DNA of 64,000 nt from Octopus sinensis (Eukaryota): positions 77,810,001 to 77,874,000 of the forward strand of contig NC_043003.1 in NCBI RefSeq assembly GCF_006345805.1, read 5' to 3'. The notes under the pieces were generated by a model. The model had not been told where the DNA came from and searched no databases. It was given only the letters and a program-made list of their open reading frames with translations. A program made the translations under genes and the position numbers. This document shows, piece after piece, positions 40,530-52,923 of the stretch; positions within the stretch are counted from its first letter, which is position 1, and each line of letters begins with the position of its first letter.

Positions 40530-41806
40530 CGAGGGACGTTCAATAATAATGCCCCTGACCCACTTGCAGTTGTTTGACCTAGCTGAAATTTTGCATGTGC
40601 AAATATTTATATCTTTATAGATTAAGTGAAATAATTCTGGTTTCTGATTTACAGGTGTTTGAACTGAGTCAAATGTGAAATGGAGCCTGTTGAGTGTCGA
40701 GTAGTGATCTGGTTTTTGTATTTGAAAGGACGCACACCACGGAAGACTTTTGATGAAATGAAAGTAAATTATGGTGATGATGCCCCATCATATGAACTTG
40801 TAAAACGCTGGCATCGTGAATTCAAACATGGTCGGAACTCTGTGGAAACAGCTCCCAGATCTGGTCGCCCCCGCTTCTGCCATTGATGAGGCATCTGTCC
40901 GTCAAGTTGAGGCAACCATTTTGGAAGATCGACGCATAACTATTCGCCAAATAGCCCATGAGGTCAAGATTAGTACCGGGTCTGTGGAAACTATCATTTA
41001 TGACAATTTGCATATGCAAAAGGTGTCTGCCAGATGGATTCCCAGGTTGCTCACACCTTTCCAGAAGCAAGAACGCGTCGAGTGCTCGAGGATGAATTTG
41101 GAGATGTGCTAAGAAGATGGGTCAAATTTTTTCGAAAGACTGATTACACAGGATGAAACCTGGGTCCATCACTATGATCCAGATACCAAAGCCCAGTCAA
41201 TGCAGTGGAAGCACCGTGACTCACCTCATCCAAAAAAGGCAAGGGTGTAGCCCTCCGCTGGCAAGGTCATGCTCACAGTCTTCTAAGACCAGGACGGAGT
41301 ATTGATAACAGATTTCCTGGCAAAGGGTACCACAATTACAGGAGCCTATTATGCTTCACTTTTGAGGAAATTAAGAGAAGCTATCAAAATCAAGAGGCGG
41401 GGCAAGATCAGCGAAAGCATTCTCCTCCTGCAGGACAACGCTCCGGTCCACAACTCGCGTGTCGCCAGATCAGAAGCACAGGCGTGCGGCTATGAACTCC
41501 TCCCCCATCCCCCCTACTCTCCTGACCTTGCACCCTCTGATTTTCATTTCTTCCCAGCCATGAAGTTGTTTTTGAAAGGAAAGCGTTTCCCAGATGATGC
41601 AGCCTTGATTTCTGAAGTCACGTCGTGGTTAGAGGACCAAGCAGGGGTCTTCTACAAAAATGGTCTCCAGAGCTGCATCAAACGATGGGAGAAATGCGTA
41701 ACTCTGGGTGGTTCCTATATAGAAAAAGACTAATAACTGTGCCAAGTTTCGTTGCTCTACTGTAATAGGAGGTGGGTCAGGGGCATTACTTATTGAACGC
41801 CCCTCG
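40530..41806 (+). mobile_element. Full-length mariner (D,D34D; irritans-like CGAGGG TIRs) with inactivated transposase 40680-41733
   Basis: TIRs CGAGGG(A/G)CGTTCAATAA(G)TAATGCCCCTGACCC; WIPRLL, TQDETWV, QDNAPVH-34aa-YSPDLAPSD; one frameshift near 40870, stops at 41110, ~41248 and ~41284. Confidence 0.95.
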
Positions 41807-42124
41807 TATATATATGACGAGTAGTTAGCGGATTACCCACATTTGGATAATTACTACTTCTGAGGTTCTGCTAGATATGAAACATATGTAGCCTGAGTTT
41901 TATCTACTTTATTCCCTAATTTGGCTTTCTATTCGCATACACAGCAACCCCTCTTGCTCACCGTAGGCTACAAAACAGTTTTTTCAGCTTATCGAACTTC
42001 GATATGGGAAATATTTACAACCTTCTACGCCAATAAACTACTATTGTTGCCGGAAGTTGTTTTTTTTATACCTTCTACGTACTGCTCGAAGCTTACTATC
42101 TTCCTACACCTTGGATCTTACCTT

Positions 42125-42157
<33 letters not shown>

Positions 42158-42263
42158 TATATATATATAATATATATATATACATATATATATTTATATA
42201 TATATATACATATACACACACATATATATATATATATACGTGTATGTATGTATATATATATGC

Positions 42264-42294
<31 letters not shown>

Positions 42295-42337
42295 CACATA
42301 CACACACACACACATACATACATACATACATACATAA

Positions 42338-42373
<36 letters not shown>

Positions 42374-42384
42374 TATATAATATA

Positions 42385-42424
<40 letters not shown>

Positions 42425-42426
<2 letters not shown>

Positions 42427-42975
42427 AGTTGTCTGGAAAGTTCGTGCTGATTTTTAAAGGAAAGAAAAAGGTCAATAAATACTTGCCATTACATTTTTAA
42501 TCAACCAAATATGAACCATTTTGTTGCACAATGTGTCTCCGTCTTTCTTTTAACTTTAAAATACCCTCTACCCAGAATTGAGCTGGTTTCATGGCAAAGA
42601 ATCATCAAGGTATCTTTTTACGTCATCCAAGGAATTGAAATTTTTACCATTAAGACTATTCTGCAGAGACCTGAATAAGTGGAAATTCGAAGGAGCAATA
42701 TATAATGAATATGGAGGGTGGGGTAACACATCCCAGCCGAGCCGCGGCAATTTTTGTCTAGTTCCCAAAGCATCAAGTGCCCAAAATGAACTTATCTTCC
42801 ACTTTAAAGGGTTACAGAATCAACACAGGTTATAGGAACATAAACCTTCTTCCAGGAAAAGATAACTTAAACTGTGCTCTAGATGGAGGTGTAGTGAAAT
42901 CCGATTTTATGGACTTAACCGTGTTCTAAAATAAGTCAAAATGTAAGCTACTATAAATCGGCACGAACTTTCCAT
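42425..42975 (-). mobile_element. Internally deleted mariner (same family as 5674-6124), copy 1; one TIR truncated by (TG)n
   Basis: TTGAGTTGTCTGGAAAGTTCGTGCTGATTT end; GWDVLPHPPYS. Confidence 0.88.
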
Positions 42976-43011
42976 ATGTGTGTGTGTGTGTTGTGTGTGT
43001 GTGTGTGTGTG

Positions 43012-43042
<31 letters not shown>

Positions 43043-43121
43043 TTAAAACAGTTTGATTCGGTTCCGTGCTACTTCAAGTTTCGCAGGCCCCTATAGATAG
43101 AAGATATATATATATATATAG

Positions 43122-43230
<109 letters not shown>

Positions 43231-43282
43231 CATAAATACATACATACATACATACATACATAATACATACATACATACAACA

Positions 43283-43375
<93 letters not shown>

Positions 43376-43377
<2 letters not shown>

Positions 43378-43925
43378 AGTTGTCTGGAAAGTTCGTGCTG
43401 ATTTTTAAAGGAAAGAAAAAGGTCAATAAATACTTGCCATTACATTTTTAATCAACCAAATATGAACCATTTTGTTGCACAATGTGTCTCCGTCTTTCTT
43501 TTAACTTTAAAATACCCTCTACCCAGAATTGAGCTGGTTTCATGGCAAAGAATTCATCAAGGTATCTTTTTACGTCATCCAAGGAATTGAAATTTTTACC
43601 ATTAAGACTATTCTGCAGAGACCTGAATAAGTGGAAATTCGAAGGAGCAATATATAATGAATATGGAGGGTGGGGTAACACATCCCAGCCGAGCCGCGGC
43701 AATTTTTGTCTAGTTCCCAAAGCATCAAGTACCCAAAATGAACTTATCTTCCACTTTAAAGGGTTACAGAATCAACACAGGTTATAGGAACATAAACCTT
43801 CTTCCAGGAAAAGAGAACTTAAACTGTGCTCTAGATGGAGGTGTAGTGAAATCCGATTTTATGGACTTAACCGTGTTCTAAAATAAGTCAAAATGTAAGC
43901 TACTATAAATCGGCACGAACTTTCC
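43376..43925 (-). mobile_element. Internally deleted mariner, copy 2 (tandem duplicate)
   Basis: Near-identical to 42425-42975; ORF 43448-43720. Confidence 0.88.
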
Positions 43926-43945
43926 ATATGTGTGTGTGTGTGTGT

Positions 43946-43981
<36 letters not shown>

Positions 43982-44040
43982 TTAAAACAGTTTGATTCGG
44001 TTCCGTGCTACTTCAAGTTTCGCAGGCCCCTATAGATAGA

Positions 44041-44169
<129 letters not shown>

Positions 44170-44208
44170 CATAAATACATACATACATACATACATACAT
44201 TCATACAG

Positions 44209-44240
<32 letters not shown>

Positions 44241-45079
44241 GAACATACATACACACAATCATGCACATTCGAAAGCAGCATCAGATTACGCAATATACGG
44301 GTGCATTACACACACACACAGACACACACACACACACACACCACACACACACACGTTGGTATATTAATTATAACTTTGTTGGCAGTGCGTTCGAAGTTCT
44401 GCCAGTAATGGCATATTCCACTTGTCATGTGAAAATCGGATAGCGCTTAATATATATTTCCCTTCTGCGCTAAGAATCGAGATAGGTGACGATAAGAATG
44501 AATCGCTGACGTCATGATTTAATTGGTATCGGGGTACCGTATGCGTGGGTAGGGAGAAAGTGGTTGTGGGTTAAACGCTACGCTAAGTGTGAAAGTCGTA
44601 GAAGTGGATGTGGGTTAGAATTTCTGGAGACTAGTGTTTGGAAGGGCGCAATAAATCAACATAGATTAAGGGTTTAGCAAACGATAAGTGGGCGCCAACA
44701 AAACGCCATATTGATTTCTGGGAAAAGAAATAAAATAAATATATAAATGCATACATATTTCTTTAGATATATACTTACAAACATTCTAATATACATCCGC
44801 ACAGACGCACACGGTATATTACTTTCTATTACATTGTGTGTGTGTGTGTTTGTGTGTGTGTTTGTGTGTGTGTTTGTGTGTGTGTGTCCATTTGTGCACA
44901 TGGATATGCTTTAGTTTTTTTGTTACATATAATGTGTATATTATGCATGAAGTGCTAACTGTAAACTGTATCCATATGCATTAAACAAGCAGCAAATGTG
45001 CATACTGCATATGGTTTCCATGCTGCTTCTCATGCACACACACACATACATATGTGCGTGTGTACACACACACACACAC

Positions 45080-45124
<45 letters not shown>

Positions 45125-45198
45125 TACATACACAACACACACACTGAAATACTCATGTGGGAGAGAGAGTACGTGTTCGCGTGGTCTATGTGTGTGCA

Positions 45199-45249
<51 letters not shown>

Positions 45250-45326
45250 CATACACACGCATACATATAAACACACATACACACTTAAATACACATGCAG
45301 GAGAGAGAGTACATGTGCGCGTGGTC

Positions 45327-45357
<31 letters not shown>

Positions 45358-45410
45358 ATCTGTGTGTACGCGCATGTATGTGTATATGTTTATGCGTGTA
45401 TATATAACAC

Positions 45411-45572
45411 ATGCAGGTGTGGCCGTATAGTAGGAAACTTGCTTCCCAACACATGGTTCCAGGTTCAGTTCCACTGCGTGACACATGGGATGAGTGTCTT
45501 CTACTCTAACCTCGAGCTGACCAAATTCTTGCATGTGGGTTAGTAGACGTAAACTGAAAGAAGCCCATCATA
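45411..45572 (+). mobile_element. Family A SINE, 5' half
   Basis: Head and CORE-like segment, ends at GAAGCCCATCATATA. Confidence 0.8.
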
Positions 45573-45611
45573 TATATGCATATACATAAATACATGTGTG
45601 TGTATGTATGT

Positions 45612-45655
<44 letters not shown>

Positions 45656-46094
45656 AGTTGCATATGTGTACGTGTGTATGTGTGTGCGTGTTGTGTCTCT
45701 GTCTGTGTGTATCTGTATGTGTGTTTGTGTGAGATTGTGCGTATGTGTGTGTGTGTGTGAGTGTATATAAGTAGACAGACATCGATAAAGATATGCAGTT
45801 ATATAAATTTTGTATATATTGATATATTTGTATATACCGATATCTTTTAAGTAGTCCGATACGAATGGCATAAAAAATGCAAGCAGACGAATTCAGCTTT
45901 GCGCCGAGATATGGGGAGGCATAGGCAGACACACATTCAGATACACGCACACATACACACACACACACTCACACACACGCGCGCAACCACATGCACACAT
46001 ATTTATAGTCAATTTCATATACCTCCACATATATAAATTTACATATGTAAATGCATACATAAATATACATACATACAAACTTCCCTATTCATTT

Positions 46095-46146
<52 letters not shown>

Positions 46147-46769
46147 AGTTGCATATGTGTACGTGTGTATGTGTGTGCGTGTTGTGTCTCTGTCTGTGTG
46201 TATCTGTATGTGTGTTTGTGTGAGATTGTGCGTATGTGTGTGTGTGTGTGAGTGTATAGATAAGTAGACAGACATCGATAAAGATATGCAGTTATATAAA
46301 TTTTGTATATATTGATATATTTGTATATACCGATATCTTTTAAGTAGTCCGATACGAATGGCATAAAAAATGCAAGCAGACGAATTCAGCTTTGCGCCGA
46401 GATATGGGGAGGCATAGGCAGACACACATTCAGATACACGCACACATACACACACACACACTCACACACACGCGCGCAACCACATGCACACATATTTATA
46501 GTCAATTTCATATACCTCCACATATATAAATTTACATATGTAAATGCATACATAAATATACATACATACAAACTTCCCTATTCATTTATATATATATATA
46601 TATACAAATAGGGAAGTTTGTATGTATGTATATTTATGTATACATAAATATACATACATACACATACACGCACACACAAACACACATACAGATACACAGA
46701 AACACAGACACACAACACGCAAGTAATATTTTAAAAATTCACCATTTTGATTTAGTCTCCTAAGTATTC

Positions 46770-47557
46770 GCCTTGGGAGCCTACACACTTCTGCCAGCAT
46801 TTCTGCCACTGTTAGAAACATTTCTGGAAATCACTCTTTGTAATACTATAGAGATGTGCTGTTGAATTTTACTTAATGTCCTATGTTGACTCAAATCTTC
46901 TCCCTTTGAGTTTTTTTTTTTTTTTAACTTTGAAAATAGTCAAAAGTCACACATCGCCAAGTCTGTGAAGTAGAAAGCCTGACGAACAAGTGGTGTGTTT
47001 TGCTTGACAAGGAATGATTGGACGATGAGGGCGGAAAAACTGACTGAACTGAACTGACTGAGGTTGATTCCAACTTCGGCAACAATCTCCTCAATAACCA
47101 CACGACGGTCTTCATTGACTATTTCTCGAACCTTTGCAATCATTTTGTCGTTTCAGCTAATCGATGGTCTCCCACAACGTGGATCACTGTCCACTGAGGT
47201 ACGGCCATCTTTGAACCGGTTATACCACTTCTTTATTTGTGCTTTTCCCATAGCATCATCTCCAAAAGCTTTCTAAATCATCTCGATTATCTGGGCTTGC
47301 GCATCACCCAAGACTTTGGTAGAATTTGATGTTGTATCTTTGCTCAATGCGCTTGGTCATCTTGACTCAAAAAGAAAAATCGCACAGCACACTTCACGTC
47401 TGTACTCAACGCGTCACTGCAGGCGAATGACGCAACCTACAGACACGAAAATCTTTGAGCATGCTCAGGAAGGACGCGGCCAGCTAATACCTATGCGGAT
47501 CTTGCTCACACATTATATTTTGTGCAGAAAAATCAAGGTCGGATACTTTTTGACAAC
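46770..47557 (-). mobile_element. Decayed, internally deleted mariner
   Basis: Terminus TACAAGGTGTTGTCAAAAAGTATCCGACC; HTH-type MIAKVREIVNEDRRVVIEEIV; DLAMCDF. Confidence 0.7.
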
Positions 47558-47789
47558 ACCTTGTATACATATGTGCGTGTGTGAGTGTATTACATATATG
47601 TATGTATATGTATCGCTAGAATATTTACATAGAAATGAAGGACAGTCTCTCTTCCTCTCTCTCCTCTCTTTCCTTTTCTCTCTCTCTCTCTCTCTATTTA
47701 TCTCTCTCTCTCTCTCTGTTTATACGTATGAGCATATATAAATGCATATTTGTATATCTGTCTGCTTATATGTAGTCTCTTCTATTTTT

Positions 47790-48495
47790 TAATTATTATA
47801 AATCTTCCACTGAGGCGGGACCCGGTTTCCAACAAAGATACAAGGCTCCATCTTTGGGATGCAGTTAACACAAATAAATTCATATTTGGAACTTGAGAAA
47901 AGTTTTGCATATTTTTACTGTTCCACTCACAGATTGCACTTGTAATGTACGAATCAGCCGGTCAGTTTCTCTTTCTGAAAATCCCAGTTTATCCAGATTC
48001 TCCTTTAAGCATTTACTAATAAAACATAGTGCTCCAATTATTATTGGCACGAATATGAATTCATAGTCTGGATATAGAAGCTGGAGATTTCGGAGCAGCT
48101 GTCCATAGATATCCTCTTTTTCTTTGATTGCCAAAAAGGGCAGCTGACCTCTATGACGGTACATACCTTTGCCCCTCTGTCCCAAACAACAATATCCAGC
48201 CTGTTATGTTTACATTTGACAGAAGTTTTTATGGGAATATTCCACCCGAATTCCTTAAGTTGGTGTTTGTGAATGTATTCCATAACAGAGGGATTTTATA
48301 AGTCTATTTCAGGACAGCCTTTTTTGCGGATGGCATTGTAAATTGTTTGGGCGAAAACAACGTGCCGCATAGGGGAGGTAGTATCGTGCTAATCACATGC
48401 ATGATGTCTTCCACAGAAACATGACATAGCCTACACATGCGGTTGCACCTTGGGATTACAAGACCGTCACTGTCTCTCTTGTTTACCAGGTACTT
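47790..48495 (-). mobile_element. R4/Dong-clade LINE 3' fragment
   Basis: RMCRLCHVSVEDIMHVIS; KHNRLDIVVWD...VIEVSCP; PIIIGAL...SGTVKICKTFLKF. Confidence 0.82.
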
Positions 48496-48649
48496 TGTAT
48501 GTATGTATGTATGTATGTATGTATGTATGTATGTATGTATGTATGTATGTACGTACGTATGTATGGATGGATGGATGGATGGATAAATTTGAACTGAATA
48601 CATCTCGTGTATATATGTATATATTTATATGTGTATATGTATATGTAAA

Positions 48650-49957
48650 CGAGGAGGTACCCAAGAGAAACTGGAATTTTGCAATATCATTTTATTCACT
48701 TAGTTTTACAAGTTTACATTTTATCACCTTCAAATTATTATCCATTTGAAGCAGTGCATCGGCCCAAACGCGTTTTCCGCTGTTCGAAGCCGCCTTGGAA
48801 CTCTTGCGAAATGATGCCTTTTAAAACCTCCGTCGTTTTTTTACTTCACCTGTTCCACATCTGCAAAACGTTTTCCTTTAAGGACTTTTTTCATTTGGGG
48901 GAACAAAAAAAGTCGCAGAGAGCAAGATAGGTTGAATGGTGGGGGATGAGCAAGCAGGGTGATGCCACTTTTAGTCAAAAACTGTCTCACGCGCAAGGCG
49001 GTGTGCGTAGGCACATTGTCGTGATGAAATCACCACTCTCCACTTTGCCACAGGCCGTGGCGTTTTCGTCTCAACTGCATCTCGCAAACGCTTCAGAACT
49101 GCCAAGTAAAATGCCTGGTTAACAGTTTGACCAGGAGGAACAAATTCTTTTCGCATTGATGAAACAAACCAGCATTGTCCTAACATTGGTCTTCACTTGA
49201 CGCGTCTTTTGAGGTGTGGTGACATTGAATGCTTCCATTGACATGATTGCTGCTTGGTTTCTGGGTCGTGGTCGTAGCAGCAGTTTTCGCCACCAATGAT
49301 GACTTCCCAAAAAAGGTCCGGATCAGCTTTCAGTTGTTCTTTCAGTTCACAACACATTCAGTCGTGATTGCTTTTAACCTTCCATGATCAAGCGAGGCAT
49401 AAATTTTGCTTCAACTCTTTTCATTCACAATCCTCGCTCAAATTTTGTTGGCAGGAGTTCCAGGACACACCAGTCATATCAACAAGTTTGTCAATTGTTT
49501 CGCGATGGTCCTCCAAGATCAGTTCGCGAACTTTCGTGATGCTTTCATTTGTGCGGGAAGTCGACAGTCGCCCTCAACGACGTTCGTCTTCAAATGACAA
49601 TTGACCATTCCTAAAGTGTGAAAACCAGCCGTAAACTTGTGTTTTGCTCATGCCAGCATCCTTGTAAGCTGTTTGAAGCATGACAACTGTTTTTGTAGCT
49701 GTTTACCCCAGCAGAGAACAGAATTTCACAGAAGCACGCGGTTCCTTCGTTTCAGCAATCGCAAAAATCGACGAACAGGGGAGAAGCACTATCAAAAGAA
49801 AGAAACACCACATGGTAGTACGGCATCACTCGAAAACGCTGGTCGGCATACCAATGTTTGAGAGTCGCATCAAGTGGCTTCTTGCGGCCGAAGATTGAAC
49901 TACAATGGGTTTGTCCCACAAAGAACGTTTCCGGTTACTTGTGGATACCCCCTCGAT
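48650..49957 (-). mobile_element. Decayed near full-length mariner (CGAGG-type TIRs)
   Basis: Termini CGAGGAGGTACCCAAGAGAAACTGGAA and revcomp CGAGGGGGTATCCACAAGTAACCGGAA; transposase fragments (KTQVYGWFSHF, KVRELILED, KEFVPPGQTVNQAFY). Confidence 0.85.
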
Positions 49958-50030
49958 ACATACGTACACACACATACACATATATATATACACACATACA
50001 TACTTATATATATATATATATATATATATA

Positions 50031-50765
50031 TAGCAATTAAGGACAACTACTTAATAAGGAAAACTTAACAAGAAATTGTCAGGTAGATAGCGTAAAAACC
50101 TCATAAGAGAAAAAATTTCGAAAATAATTATTTCTTATTGAACATATTAATTTATATATAGAGGGCATTATACATACATGCCAAACGCTAAGAGGGACAA
50201 TTAGTCATTTCTACCAAAAATATTACTAATGTATAATGCCTTCTGGCATGTATGTATAATGCCCTCTATATATAAATTAATATGTTCAATAAGAAATAAT
50301 TATTTTCGAAATTTTTCTCTTATGAGGTTTTTACGCTATCTACCTGACAATTTCTTGTTAAGTTTTCCTTATTAAGTAGTTGTCCTTAATTGCTAAATTT
50401 TTATTTTTATTCCGAAAAAAAAAGCTTTTCCTCTCCCGAAATGCAATTCGTAAAAGTTTGCCATTTATCCGGATGTAATATATGTAAACTCACCCATGTG
50501 CTTCGTTGATGTTGAGCAGTTAGCTGATCGGCTTAAGCGGGGCAGGGTCGTTGTTTATTTATAATACATTCAGGCCTGCTGATGAGTACGTAAGAATGAA
50601 ATCACTGTGATACAGGTCTATATTTTTTTAAATGTCTTACTTTGAAAAATTGCATTCGGTGGGATTAGTAATATTTTTGGTAGAAATGACTAATTGTCCC
50701 TCTTAGCGTTTGGCATGTATGTATAATGCCTTCTGGCATGTATGTATAATGCCCTCTATATATAA
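50031..50765 (+). mobile_element. Non-autonomous Penelope-pLTR/retrozyme-like element: inverted 200-nt segment plus 490-nt monomer with 45-nt terminal redundancy, in (TA)n
   Basis: 50031-50230 is the reverse complement of monomer sequence across its junction; 50231-50275 recurs at 50721-50765; hammerhead inside. Confidence 0.72.
50573..50618 (+). ncRNA. Type I hammerhead ribozyme motif (imperfect stem II)
   Basis: GGCCTG-CTGATGA-GTACGTAAGAAT-GAAA-TCAC-T-GTGA-TA-CAGGTC: 6-bp stem I, intact CUGAUGA/GAAA core, stem III, AUA cleavage triplet at 50610-50612. Confidence 0.75.
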
Positions 50766-50768
50766 TAT

Positions 50769-50849
<81 letters not shown>

Positions 50850-50867
50850 ATATATATATATATTATA

Positions 50868-51323
50868 TATAAAGGATCATGGGTAAGGCCAAAACAATAC
50901 GAAGTAAATGCAAGGTAAATCACAAGAAAATAAATACGTTGAGTTCAATATTTCTAGGTTATGACCCCATTTTCAAGAAATAGATGAATGTTGCCGATGA
51001 GCGTGTGTGGAGTGGACATGCGCGGAAAGGTATTGCTATTGCAACCAGCTAGCTTCTCGTAATGGGGGCGTATTTCTTTTTCGGTGCTTCTCCCATGTTA
51101 CAGGAAGCTAGCTGGTTGCTATAGTAACACCTTTTCTGCATATGTCCACTTCCCACACGCTCATACACACGCACATCGGCAACATTCGCCTATTTCTTGA
51201 AAATGGGATCATAACCCCGAAATGTTGAATACATTAATTCTACATTAATTCACATATTTGTTTTCTTGTAATTTTCCTTACATCTATTTCGCATTGTTTT
51301 GGCCTTACTCACGATCCTTTATA
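50868..51323. mobile_element. 456-bp foldback (MITE-like) element, copy 1
   Basis: Left half is an imperfect reverse complement of the right half over ~200 bp; termini TATAAAGGATC(A/G)TG(G/A)GTAAGGCCAAAACAAT. Confidence 0.8.
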
Positions 51324-51374
51324 CAATATATTCTACACAATGCTTCATAATAATTATTCCATTATGATATATAC

Positions 51375-51471
<97 letters not shown>

Positions 51472-51473
<2 letters not shown>

Positions 51474-52206
51474 GCAATTAAGGACAACTACTTAATAAGG
51501 AAAACTTAACAAGAAATTGTCAGGTAGATAGCGTAAAAACCTCATAAGAGAAAAAATTTCGAAAATAATTATTTCTTATTGAACATATTAATTTATATAT
51601 AGAGGGCATTATACATACATGCCAAACGCTAAGAGGGACAATTAGTCATTTCTACCAAAAATATTACTAATGTATAATGCCTTCTGGCATGTATGTATAA
51701 TGCCCTCTATATATAAATTAATATGTTCAATAAGAAATAATTATTTTCGAAATTTTTCTCTTATGAGGTTTTTACGCTATCTACCTGACAATTTCTTGTT
51801 AAGTTTTCCTTATTAAGTAGTTGTCCTTAATTGCTAAATTTTTATTTTTATTCCGAAAAAAAAACTTTTCCTCTCCCGAAATGCAATTCGTAAAAGTTTG
51901 CCATTTATCCGGATGTAATATATGTAAACTCACCCATGTGCTTCGTTGATGTTGAGCAGTTAGCTGATCGGCTTAAGCGGGGCAGGGTCGTTGTTTATTT
52001 ATAATACATTCAGGCCTGCTGATGAGTACGTAAGAATGAAATCACTGTGATACAGGTCTATATTTTTTTTAAATGTCTTACTTTGAAAAATTGCATTCGG
52101 TGGGATTAGTAATATTTTTGGTAGAAATGACTAATTGTCCCTCTTAGCGTTTGGCATGTATGTATAATGCCTTCTGGCATGTATGTATAATGCCCTCTAT
52201 ATATAA
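51472..52206 (+). mobile_element. Second copy of the hammerhead-bearing element
   Basis: Near-identical to 50031-50765 at +1440/1441. Confidence 0.72.
52013..52058 (+). ncRNA. Type I hammerhead ribozyme motif, copy 2
   Basis: Identical to 50573-50618. Confidence 0.75.
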
Positions 52207-52231
52207 TATATATATATATAATATATATATA

Positions 52232-52285
<54 letters not shown>

Positions 52286-52303
52286 ATATATATATATATT
52301 ATA

Positions 52304-52759
52304 TATAAAGGATCATGGGTAAGGCCAAAACAATACGAAGTAAATGCAAGGTAAATCACAAGAAAATAAATACGTTGAGTTCAATATTTCTAGGTTATGA
52401 CCCCATTTTCAAGAAATAGATGAATGTTGCCGATGAGCGTGTGTGGAGTGGACATGCGCGGAAAGGTATTGCTATTGCAACCAGCTAGCTTCTCGTAATG
52501 GGGGCGTATTTCTTTTTCGGTGCTTCTCCCATGTTACAGGAAGCTAGCTGGTTGCTATAGTAACACCTTTTCTGCATATGTCCACTTCCCACACGCTCAT
52601 ACACACGCACATCGGCAACATTCGCCTATTTCTTGAAAATGGGATCATAACCCCGAAATGTTGAATACATTAATTCTACATTAATTCACATATTTGTTTT
52701 CTTGTGATTTACTTTGCATTTACTTCGCATTGTTTTGGCCTTACTCACGATCCTTTATA
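52304..52759. mobile_element. 456-bp foldback element, copy 2
   Basis: As copy 1 except six substitutions at 52706-52723. Confidence 0.8.
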
Positions 52760-52802
52760 CAATATATTCTACACAATGCTTCATAATAATTATTCCATTA
52801 TG

Positions 52803-52859
<57 letters not shown>

Positions 52860-52869
52860 ATATATATAA

Positions 52870-52923
<54 letters not shown>

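Noticed and set aside
50440-50510. CHLSGCNIC peptide in the ribozyme element, resembling a PLE Cys linker
   Set aside because: Frame of only ~23 codons with no flanking RT or GIY-YIG similarity; probably chance
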